The position numbers and the translations under genes were made by a program. Below the pieces are notes generated by a model that saw nothing but the letters and a program-made list of their open reading frames with translations, was not told the DNA's origin and searched no databases. This document shows positions 13,332 through 24,114 of a DNA stretch of 64,000 bases, one piece after another; the stretch's first letter is position 1; the number at the start of each line of letters is the position of its first letter. The DNA comes from Xylographa opegraphella (Eukaryota), in the NCBI GenBank assembly GCA_022813865.1, contig JALDZX010000009.1, positions 310,001-374,000 of the forward strand, read 5' to 3'.

Positions 13332-14336
13332 CTACGGATCTACCCCTTCCTTAGCATGCAGTCTCAGGGTCTGTTGAAGGAAATACAGAAACAAGGAGGT
13401 GAATAAGCCGGTCACAAGTATGATTGCACTGAAGATGAGGGCGATTGCAAACATGCTGAATCCGTATGCCATGTTGTTGAGACCTCTCGTCAAGTTTGAG
13501 GTCGCTAGAACTACCTGGAGGGCTCCAAGGACGACAGAGAGGCATGCAAACATCACAAAGAACCATGCGAAGTTTGATGTGAAGAAGTGACTGTACTCCG
13601 TATATGGCGAAAAATAATGCCTCTCCAAATGACACAAGCGATAAATCTGATTGAGCCGTGAGAGACGTAGCTCTCCGTACAGGTAACGTTTGTTGATGGT
13701 GATGGGATATTTCCGACTGAATGACTGTGATAACACACACCATGACTCCCAAGACATGCTGGCTGGAAGGAGGCCGAGTTTATGCGCTATCTTGAAATCA
13801 CTTGGGTGGCAGATAAGGCGAAGATATGTCGAGAGGAAGCCAGTCGCCAGAATTTGGACCTCTACCGGCGGCCATTTTTGATCAATAATGCTCTCCCAGG
13901 AGACCAGGAATGTGGGCAGAGGTTTGATGAATATCGTTGAGTGATACCATACCAAATGTAACGAAGGATCCTCGGTGACCAGAATCTCTCGGGACAGCAT
14001 CCGCTGACGATGCAGAGGGCGAATGTTCCCAGGCCGTCCAGCCCACCAAAGGTGTCTATGGATACTGTTCAATTTTCGCACCTCCAATTCCTGCTGTAGG
14101 GAGGCAAGAGTACATTTTCCGGAGGCATCGAATGTTGTGATCTTCCCAGGAAAAGTCATAATGGCACTCGAATCACAACCACTACTTTTCTCCAAATTGT
14201 TGAGCGCTTGCGCAGAGGCCTCCTGTATCTTCAATGAATCAAATTTCACGATCGCTTAAAAACCAATATTTCCGCTTACTTGACATGGCCCAGCCATCTT
14301 CCGTGAGCCTATTTCCTGGGGGGATGGCCTGTTCAT
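13332..14336 (-). CDS. DUF6601-like fungal protein with two C-terminal TM helices (start uncertain)
   Basis: Motifs LNSIHRHLWWAGRP, RPLHRQ, ILVTEDPSLHLVW, IFIKPLP and YLYGELRLSRLN, plus a hydrophobic C-terminus. Probable intron 14223-14279. The true start may lie further upstream. Confidence 0.75.
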
Positions 14337-15053
14337 CTCCGTGGCAGACACAAGGGATTCCAGAAGCGTTCGGAAACACCCTTCGTCAAGAAACGGAGGC
14401 ACAGTCACCTTACAAATACATTCTCAAACATGCGGCGTAGTACCTTGGAAGGTCTCCGTCGGCTTCTACCGGCAGCGGCGTGTTTCTGGACTTCAAATCG
14501 GTCGACACCTACTGCAAATACCCAAAAACGTCCAAAACCCGCTTCTTTCGTTCGTCCGTGGGCCTGTCTGCATCGGAAGGTTTTGCACATGTGTGTGACA
14601 CGAACTCTGTTCCATGACACTGAAAGCCAATCGGGTCATGCATGGAAGGGCTGAGGAACTAAAGGAGGTCAAGCTGGCGGATCACTATTTCGGATCTCCC
14701 CGATGCGAACCGGTTCCGTAAGGTCACAGTGATGTGTCGAATGGGATCACTGTCTGATAGAACACCGGAGGTTCAACGCGGTGTCTACTCCAAAATCACG
14801 TTTTACTGTGTCCGTGCTTGTCCAATTCTGAATTTCTATGCATGATATTCAGGATTATACCATATATGCCAGGCTCTATAAGCTGCGACAATAGAACAGT
14901 CGTCTCCTCATTCATACTTCCTTTTCATCGAGTCTATACTGTTGCCAGGATTGCCATTTCATATCCATCAGGCTGTCCAGACTCATGCATCATACGCCAT
15001 AGCCTGGTCTGTGTAACAAGTTTGTTAGCTCAGCCTTCATCTGCGATCCACCG

Positions 15054-17255
15054 ATGTCTGGGTCTTCAATCAGGTGGGCCTACAGGGTCCAATCAATACC
15101 CAATTCTATTCAGAGTACTTTGGCCGCAAAAAGTTTTCTCAGGCAACTTTTCAGCGCCAACCAAATTAGCACGGGCTTTGTCATTCGCACGCTGTCGCCG
15201 AGTTTGAGCACTGCGCGACACAAGACCGCCATAGTCACCTTCGATGTTGCAGATCCGGCGTCGCCTATCAAACTATTCAATCGTGCTAGCGCTACATGGA
15301 AACTCCTACTGCCACAGCTTGGAGAGGATGCAGTTCAACAAGGTTCAGAGCTCGAAGACGAAACACCAGCCAGCGTAAGCATTGACGACAAGTTTCTCGG
15401 TTTCACGATACTATCCGCACCTAAGCCTGAGCACCATAAGCAGGAGTGAGTCTTTCCCAATATCCTAATTAGTTCTACTGTCATGGTTGACAAATCAGCA
15501 TTGTTGTTATGCATGGACTCGGCAACGGTCATGCCTATGGGTCATTCAAAGAACGAGGAAGTGAGCATATGTGGCTACTTGATAATCTGAAGAAGGATTG
15601 TCCCAGTGCGCGCATACTTACATACGGATATGACTCCAAGCTTGAAAGCAATAGTTTCCAAACCTTGGAAGATCTTACCATTGCATTCGTCAAATCACTG
15701 CAGGTAGTTAGAGAACAAGACCTCGTAAGTGCCGGTACAGCTTTGCTTTCGATCGTACACTGATCCGTCCAGTCTGCGGCGCTTGCGCCCAAGCCAATCA
15801 CTTTTCTGGCGCATAGCTTGGGTGGCCTGATATTAAAGCAAGCAATGATACACATGAACAGACCAGGAGCCCCCTTATCCTATCATGACACACGACTAGC
15901 GACCAGCGGGATCATTTTCTTCGCGGTTCCTCATCAAGGCTTAGACACAAGCTTTGTCAGAGCAATTGTGCACAACCAAGCCAATGAAGATCTCATTCAT
16001 GGATTGCGGCCAAACTCCCCGCTTCTACTGGATATGCGGAGAGACTTTAATGACGCCTTTCCATTTCGAGACTCTACTATCGTCTATGTGTACGAGACGA
16101 AGAGATCTCCGACAGCACAGAAGGTAAAGCACCCATGCCACGCATATCGTGATGACAAAATGAGCTGATTTGGCAGCCAGAATGCGTCTGGCAGGTGGGA
16201 GATGAACGGTCCGGAAGTTGTCCTGGTTGACAAAGACTCTGCTACTGCTGGGCGGCACTGGGAGAATGAACCACATCACATCTTATCGGTGAATACGAAC
16301 CACTCAGACATAGTGAAGTTTGGCGACAACGATGAAGACTATGTTCGAGTCCGATCTCAGCTGCGAAGAATTCTCAGTGAGAGCGAAGGGATAATCCGGA
16401 ATCGCTTCCGACGCAATATGGTCAACCCGTTACAAAACCTCAACTGGCATTCAACTAGCGATTTAGCGGATAGTACAATCTATGTCAACGATGCAGCATC
16501 GAGCCATATCCAAGGTCAGACCTCGTCCCTCGAGTCTGTAGTCGATCGTTTCGATAACAAGGCTGTGAGCAGAGACCAGGATTATATACTAGAACCGGAG
16601 TCTGCACCCCGTAGGACCTGGTTTCCACGAAGCTTATGGCATTGGTCGACTCAGTCATCCACCAACACACGGGTCTCCCTCGCGATATCCATTGTTATAG
16701 TGATTTGCATTGTCACAGCTATGACTCTCACAATCTCGATTCCCGCCGCTTCTCCAAAGCCAAGGTATATTGATATTTTGCAGTCATCCGAGGAGACCTG
16801 GGCGTTGCAGCTAATCGCCTTCACCTAGCTTGCCATCCTTAACCAACTCGCCACTCACGAATTATACTTCTTCTTCGTCCTTCCAACCCTCGACGTTCCG
16901 AGTTCCAGATAACAAAACAGTTTCCAACTCGTCAACCACGTGCACGATCCCCGACATCGCAATTGCTCAATCCACGACAGCATATACCCCGTCATTTCCA
17001 ACAAAATCTTTCTCGTCTTTCTCGCCAATACCGTCGATCTCTATCTTTTCTCCATCTTTCTCTAGCCTAGTTACCACTGCTATCTCGCCGTCATCTCCTT
17101 CCTCCATATCCTCCATAAATCCTGCGACCCTTCCGCGCCAAATCCCCAAAGCGACGCTCACAACCTCCATCACCAACTCCAGTACCCCCTCCAATTCCAC
17201 TGGCACGACGCCGCCACCCCCCACTTCATCCAATTTCTTCAGCACGCTTGTTTGA
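15054..17255 (+). CDS. SesB/DUF676 (SERAC1-like) alpha/beta-hydrolase + TM helix + Ser/Thr/Pro-rich stalk
   Basis: DIVVMHGL, MWLLDNL, RILTYGYDS, nucleophile elbow AHSLGG, FFAVPHQG, YETK and NHSDIVKF. GT-AG introns at 15446-15498, 15725-15772, 16124-16180 and 16765-16828. TM segment VSLAISIVIVICIVTAMTLTISI at ~16673-16743. Confidence 0.8.
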
Positions 17256-18182
17256 GAAGGATGGCTCGGTGCCCCGTGCCAGGAATACAACGTTTGCCCG
17301 GATTCATGGCGTTCCGTGAGCCGAGTTTGTGCTAAAGCTACGGGTTGATAATAAGGGGTGGGGAGGTTTGGTGCGTTATGAGTTATAAGCTGGATAGCGC
17401 ATTCATGTTTGTTGAGGAGAGATGGAGTCTAATTCGTATGGATATAGTGGATTGCTTTTTTCATGGGGTTTTGCAGTCCATTGGTTAATCAGGTTGTCAG
17501 TTAGAGGGAGACAGCTTCCGATATGCTCCATGTTGAGCTATATAGTAGACATACTGTGAAATACGTGGGCTTTCGCTTTCGTGATGTGATATACGCATGT
17601 ACGTCGCCGGGAACAGCAATCAGCGAGCCAAGAAAAGCTTGTTTGGGTGTCTAGCTCGTCCGTCCAGCATCGTCGTTCTTCCTAACAGTCATTGCTTCTC
17701 AAACGAAGACTGCAGAGTTTCTGATGACAATAGAATATGGCGCATAGTCACGCTGAGTCACCATGGAACCTGCCACAAGTGGGTCTGCGTTCTGTAGCCT
17801 TTTGTGAATGCGGCCATGCATAATAAGAACATGGCTCTTCACAGCATTGTCCTTTGTTACACCATATGGGGAAATTAGCGACGTCAACCGATCACATATG
17901 ATTGCTCGTATGATTCTGCAGCTATTCATGGTATCGTAATGTGTCCGATAATGTGTATGAATGGGCTGCGGTATGACTGCTGCGTTGGAGTACCCATTTT
18001 CTTAAATTATGATGAAGCTTGACACGCAGTTCTCTTATCACTTGTTCTGAGGTGCGGAATACTTTCACGCGCTCAGCGCATGCTGAGCTTTTCCTTTTGA
18101 TATATGTCTTTCCGGACGTCTTTCTGAGATCTCTTCTACGACGGCTCAGCTAACCCACGTACGATCTGCGCAAGACGTCAAG

Positions 18183-20026
18183 ATGGAAATCGGTCCGTCT
18201 CCTAACGCGAACGGAAGTATACAATCTACTATCAGCAGTATTGGTGGTTGGGCAATGAATACAGAACTGGCACTGGAGGCTATTCTTAAAGGTCGGGGAG
18301 CAAAAGCAGACCCTGTTAAGGTCATCGAACACACAAGGAAACAAGCGCGCCACTATAAGAATGGAAAGACCATCCCCTCTTTCTCAATGAGGGACATCAA
18401 CCTTGGAACTTCCGTCCCTGTCGTATCTGCAGTTGACTTGGAAAGGCAAACGTCGTCAGAGGACTCGAATGCAGCAGCATCCAGCAGGGATCGAAACTTG
18501 GTGAGTACCAGTGCGCTAGCTAATGCCAGGCGCGTGAGTAACGAGGCAGCTAATCTTGACGTGAAGGTCACTTGGGATGGGCCTGACGACGTTGCAAACC
18601 CGAAGAACTGGAGCTACAAAATGAAGTGGACGGTCACTATTGTCATCTCCTTGTACACTCTGATTTCAAACATATCTACCTCGATCATGGCCCCTGCTCT
18701 TACGAATATAGGGACCGACCTCAATATCCACCGCCCTTTTCAACTTTATCTCACCTTGTCGATTTTTATACTGGCATATGCTTTCGGTCCTTTCCTCATC
18801 GGTCCACTATCCGAGATATACGGCCGAGTCTTAGTATTGCAATTATCAAACTTGTTTTACCTGATTTCAAATACTGCTTGTGGCTTCGCACAGAGTGCTG
18901 GCTATCTGACTGCCTTCCGATTCCTCGCTGGTCTTTGCGGAGGGTATTTACTCGATATCCCCTACGTTCTTTCCGAAGGATATAAGCTGATACCATGTAG
19001 TGCACCGTACACCATTGGCGGCGCGATTTTGGCCGATTGCTGGGCCGCTGAAGAACGTGGACGATCAATCGGAATATACACCTTAGCACCCCTACTTGGC
19101 CCCGTCATCGGCCCTATCATTGGCGGACTGATCACACAGCATAGTACTTGGCGATGGGTCTTCTGGGCTACATCTATTGCCAGTGGGATTGTCCAGTTTC
19201 TAGGTTTCGTGTATCTACGGGAGACTTATGCACCCAGAATTCTCGCCAAGAAAGCTCGGAAACTTCGCCTTGCTACACAAAATCAGGCCTGGCATTCCAA
19301 ATGGGAGACATCTGATCGCACCCTGACTAATGCTCTTAAGGATGCACTTATGAGACCGTTCGTCCTCCTAGGTACGCAGCCGATTATCCAAGTCCTCTCA
19401 CTCTACATTGCCTACCTTTTCGGTCTCACTTATCTTGTACTCGCTTCACTGGCTTCTATTTGGACAGACATCTACCACGAATCAATAAGTATGGGTAGCC
19501 TGAACTATATTTCTCTTGGCATCGGGTACCTGATGGCATGCAATCCACCGCGCGCCTCAACGATGCCATCTATAAGCGTCTCAAGGAAAAGAGTGAAAGC
19601 GGTCTGGGACAACCTGAATTCCGCCTTCCTCTCATGATACCAGGCGGCATACTCCTACGCCTGGGCCTTCTCTGGTACGGGTGGAGCGCTCAAGCGCATG
19701 TCCATTGGATCATGCCCAACATCGGCATTGCCATTTTTGGTATGGGCGTCAAAATTGGAACGCAGTGTACGCAGACGTACGCGGTGGATGCTTACACTCT
19801 CTATGCTGCATCAGCGAGTGCTGCAGGGACCTTCCTGCGGTCACTGTTCGGTTTTGCCTTCCCGTTGTTTTCGCCGTACATGTACAGGAGTATGGGCTAT
19901 GGATGGGGAAACAGTCTGCTGGCACTTATTGCCGTTGTACTACGCATCCCGGCGCCGTTGCTGTTGTGGAGTTATGGGCCATGGTTAAGGGCGAGAAGCC
20001 TTTATGCGGTGGGAGATGGGGAGTGA
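18183..20026 (+). pseudogene. DHA1-type MFS multidrug transporter with a frameshift
   Basis: WDGPDDVANPKNW, GPLSEIYGR, WRWVFW, ETYAPRIL, PEFRLP and GYGWGNS. In-frame intron 18944-19000. The frame breaks at ~19533-19537 (GYL-atggc-MQSTARL) with no intron there. Start is 18183 or 18387. Confidence 0.8.
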
Positions 20027-20260
20027 GTCGCTACGTTTGGTTACTGTACGCTGTATATAAGTTTGGGTTTTTCCTAGACAAGGGCGTAAGGTAATGCAGG
20101 CGCATAGCACATTGTTGTATGTGTGAGTAGTGATGGAGATACCTGGCGCTCAGCATCAAAGTCAACCATTGCCTCTGCTCCTTCGACGTGTCGAGCTCTG
20201 TATTCGTAATTTTTGGCATTCATTGGGACTTTATCCGGAGCCCCATTCTCGATCGGCGCG

Positions 20261-20910
20261 TATTAGCGTGTGCAAAAGGCTTGCATTCTTTTGGCGCTCA
20301 AACTTTGCTCTCCCCCACCCAAAATGGCAACGAATTTCACTAATTCTACGTTTTTTAGGATTTTAGGTCCGCCACTAACGTTTGCATATATATATTTTAA
20401 TAGAATCCTATTTGTTTTAATTAAGGCTATTAGTCGCGCGTACTTTTACTGTCTATATGCGTAATTAATACAACATCGAAATTTAATATTATAATTAATA
20501 CATTTAACGCACCAAAATCCATGTTACTATGTTATATTAAAATGTATATTGTTACAGCTCGCTATCTCACCAGAAAAACAGGCCTAGAACCACAGCTATA
20601 GGTAAGCGATTTCAACCTAGAATAATATAAGGAAGCAAGTTTAGTAATACACGTAGAAGTTAAATAAACAGTGCTAGCGCCAAGACTCCTAACCGCTTTC
20701 GAACTAGCCTGAGTCCCGGACGCGCTTTAGTCCTGTTCCGTCTATCACTTATTAAGGTGCCATGTAACACGCCGTTACATATATACTTAAACGTTAGTGG
20801 TAGACCTGGAATTCTGAAAACGTGAAATCAGTAAAATTCGCAGCATTTTTGGGTGGGGGAGAGCAAAGTTTGAGCGCCAAGAGAATGTAAGTCTTTTGTA
20901 CACGCTAATA
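20261..20910. mobile_element. Non-autonomous DNA transposon (MITE) with ~130-bp terminal inverted repeats
   Basis: The left end tattagcgtgtgcaaaaggcttgcattc...ctctcccccacccaaaa...ccactaacgttt matches the reverse complement of ~20781-20910. TA at both outer edges. AT-rich interior with no ORF. Confidence 0.88.
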
Positions 20911-21556
20911 GTCTCGTGACTTGCCCTAGCTTCATTACCATTCCGTCCCACTGTCTCCTGCATTTTTCCCATTCACTCCTCGTCTTGCTGTGAACCTTCT
21001 CTGCTCAACGTGACTCTGAGCTTTGTTATACAGCTCCGTAATAATGCCGTGCATTGTCGCAAATATTATTTCGACCTCTTTTGGTTATCCCCAATATCCA
21101 TGGTCGGTATCGTCGAGGTGGTTCCACTGCACGTTTACAGCAGTACCAGTACTCTGGTCCGGCCATGGGAGATGGAGGTTTCTAAGAACATGTGGAGCAT
21201 GAAGTTTTATTCACTTCTTTCAGTGACTGCTCGTTGCAGACAACTATATGACTACCAGCATGGCATTCCCTATCTCATCCATGACTATACTCATGACCTG
21301 TACGCTATACAAGAAGCTTCGCAGGCTCTGTGTCATTAACCAGATACAACCGAATTGACCATCATATGCTTTCAATTCTTCAATCTTATGCAGTAGGATT
21401 TTCCTGTCTTTCATAAGACTATTTTGCACTCTGCTACTTGATTTTTAATCCTCTTGTTCGATCGTGCTTCTCATAAGCATCCGCGGTATACTCTCCATAA
21501 ACTACCACCTCTTGTCGTTTTGTCGAAGATTCGCCGCATTCCAAGTGCTGCTCATT

Positions 21557-23299
21557 ATGTCTGAGGGCGTACTCTACGTTACTGACTCCCGAACATCTCA
21601 GCGATATGAGATCCCCATCTATCGGAATACGGTACGGGCGTCCAGCTTTCAGGCCATCAAGGCTCCCGCGGCTGGAACAAACCGGGCTGACCAGGTTGCT
21701 AATGGCCTCCGACTGTACGATCCAGGCTTGAAAAACACGGCAATCTCAGAGTACAAGCTAACATCTTTGTAATTATCCCTTCTCTGCATGTGTTGATGTA
21801 AAACGAAGGCTGTGCTGACTACTGCTTGTCAGAGACGGCTCAATGGGCATTATGCAATTCTGGGGCCACAATATAGCCGACTTTTGGGAGACTGCCGACT
21901 TTGAGGATACGACCCATCTACTGCTCTGGGGACGCTGGCCTACTGCGTCGGAGAAGGAGGTCCTGCGAATGGGTCTCATCAAGGCCGCTCAGGATGTCCC
22001 GGGAAGCGTGATTAGAGTTATTCAAGCATTCCCGTATGTGTTTTAGTACTTCTAAATTCTGGTACATTTTCACTGATCGTGCCTCCAATTCACGCAGAAG
22101 AACGGCTCCCCCGATGCAGATGGTTATTGCCGGCCTTGCGGCATATGTAGGAGAAAATCCGAGCAGCATTCCGGCCAACGCTTGTCGCAATCTCTACCAT
22201 GCTAATATGCCTGCAGTGGACAAGGCAATTATTCAAACACTAGCGGCTTTCCAGGTTTGTGTTGGTCTTGCCGCTTGTCACCGAGCTGGCATTCCGCCAA
22301 GACCTGTTGATATTAACGGCTCTTTTCTATCTAACATGTTCCTGACCACTGGCAATGTCGACAAGGACACCGGCAAGCCCAATTCTAAATCTGTATATCA
22401 TCTACAACGTCTATGGGCTCTAGGCGCAGATTTAGGGCATACGAATAACACGGCCGCTTTCCTTCTCGGAGCCTCTACCCTAGCTGACCCTCTCTCCTGT
22501 CTCATCTCTGCCCTCTCATCCGGCTACGGCATCATGCACTTTATGGCCGCGGAAGCTTCAATTAAGTCTCTCGCAGCCATCGGAGGCAAACAAAACGTCC
22601 CAGATTCTGATTGCGAGAGTCAAGCGACGCGAGGCAAAGCTCTTCGATTACGGTCACCGAGTCTTCAGAACCATTGATCCTCGGATCCTCTTCGCAGCAC
22701 AAATCATGAACGAGCTGGGCTCGGATCACCCACTGTTGCAGGTCGCCATGGAGATCGACCGCATTGCTTCCGAGGACGAGTACTTCGTCTCCAGGAAACT
22801 GCAGGTCAACTCTGATCTTTATATCGGCGTGGTTTATACTGCCCTACATTTCGAACCCTCCTTGGTTCCCGTGATGATTATGTTGATGCGATCGGGAGGC
22901 TTGATGGCGCATTGGCGAGAAGCGATGGGCCAAAAGGCTAACATATGGCGCCCACAGCAGTTCTACACTGGGGATGTCGGCGGTTATCCAACGGACTCCT
23001 ACGACGCTGTTGCGTCAGAGTGGAAATCTGCGGGCGCCGTGGGGAATCTGAACAATCTTCGCACATCTTCTCCGTCAGACAGTATGGGAAAAGACGTCGC
23101 GGTAGATGTCGCAGCCGGTCGATCAATTGCTAGAGAAGATGCCCAGACACCCAAGACGACCACTACGGAGCCGGAGCCGACGCCAGACGTACCGGCGACA
23201 TCTGTCGCGAAGCCAGACGCGGACGAGGGTGAGCCTTCGATTTGGCACTCGACGCTCTCGGAGATCAAAGACCTGACGAGGCTGATGGCCTTACTTTGA
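21557..23299 (+). pseudogene. Citrate-synthase-like gene (alkylcitrate synthase type of secondary-metabolite clusters), frameshifted
   Basis: N-terminus LYVTDSRTSQRYEIPI...GLRLYDPGLKNTA, then STLADPLSC, YGHRVF, DEYFVSRKLQVNSD, MAHWRE and IWRPQQFYTG. Two GT-AG introns. A +1 frameshift at ~22603-22606 precedes LIARVKRREAKLFDYGHR. Confidence 0.8.
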
Positions 23300-24114
23300 T
23301 GGATAGCATTTTGGGAGTAGAAGCAGCCATTACTGCAGGAGTATGTCCGCAGGAGGGTTTGCACATGTGGTGGATTTGATGTTTGCGAAAATATAAGGTT
23401 GATGTCTGGAGATGAATTGTCACATTCATTGCGTTGGTAATCGACTTGGTTGCATGCATTGAAGTTGTGTTTTAATGTATGTTAGGAGTCCAGATATCTT
23501 TTCGATAGGAATGCAACTGCTCTCAACTATTGGTGTCCATGACACGGTGGCTAAGGAGGGGACGTAGAACAGATCCCACTTCGACACGTCCAGTCATGGC
23601 TAGCCTAGCAATATAAACTGAAATTGACAAAGCAACCGTGATCTTCAGACTATATATCCAAGTCTCCCTCGCCAGCGTTTGCTCTTGCCATTATATGCCA
23701 ACTCCCGCCCCTTCTTCAGTATACACTGTTACTGAATTGCCAATGCTCGTGAGGGACATTACAGTTAGCCACACAGCGCTAATCGGCTTTCTACTCATGC
23801 ATTCTTTTCGTTCGGTGGCTTACGATGACGAGCACGAGTCAAGTTACTATACACACACATACGTAAAACCGTGTTCTCAGCGTGGCATAAACGCGGCTCG
23901 GCACCCGCCACAAGCAAACGGCGGAGAATTTGCCCCGCCGCCGACGAGCCGAGGTCCAAATCCCAAGGTAACCCCAGATCCGCCTCGCCACCGCCCCGCC
24001 TCACCTTTCATTTATTATACGACTCTTTCCCCTTCCTCACCGTTTCGCACTCCCCATCCCACATCCACAAGCCCAATTTCTTTTTCCTCCATCCCTCCTC
24101 CCTCGCACGATACG

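Noticed and set aside
14405..14620. Degenerate Zn2Cys6-like fragments upstream of the DUF6601 gene
   Set aside because: The cysteines are scattered over different frames with stops, and the spacing does not fit.
23638..24114. 159-aa N-terminal extension of the monooxygenase in the ORF track
   Set aside because: GTG start with low-complexity CT-rich promoter/UTR sequence. Homology begins at ATG 24115.
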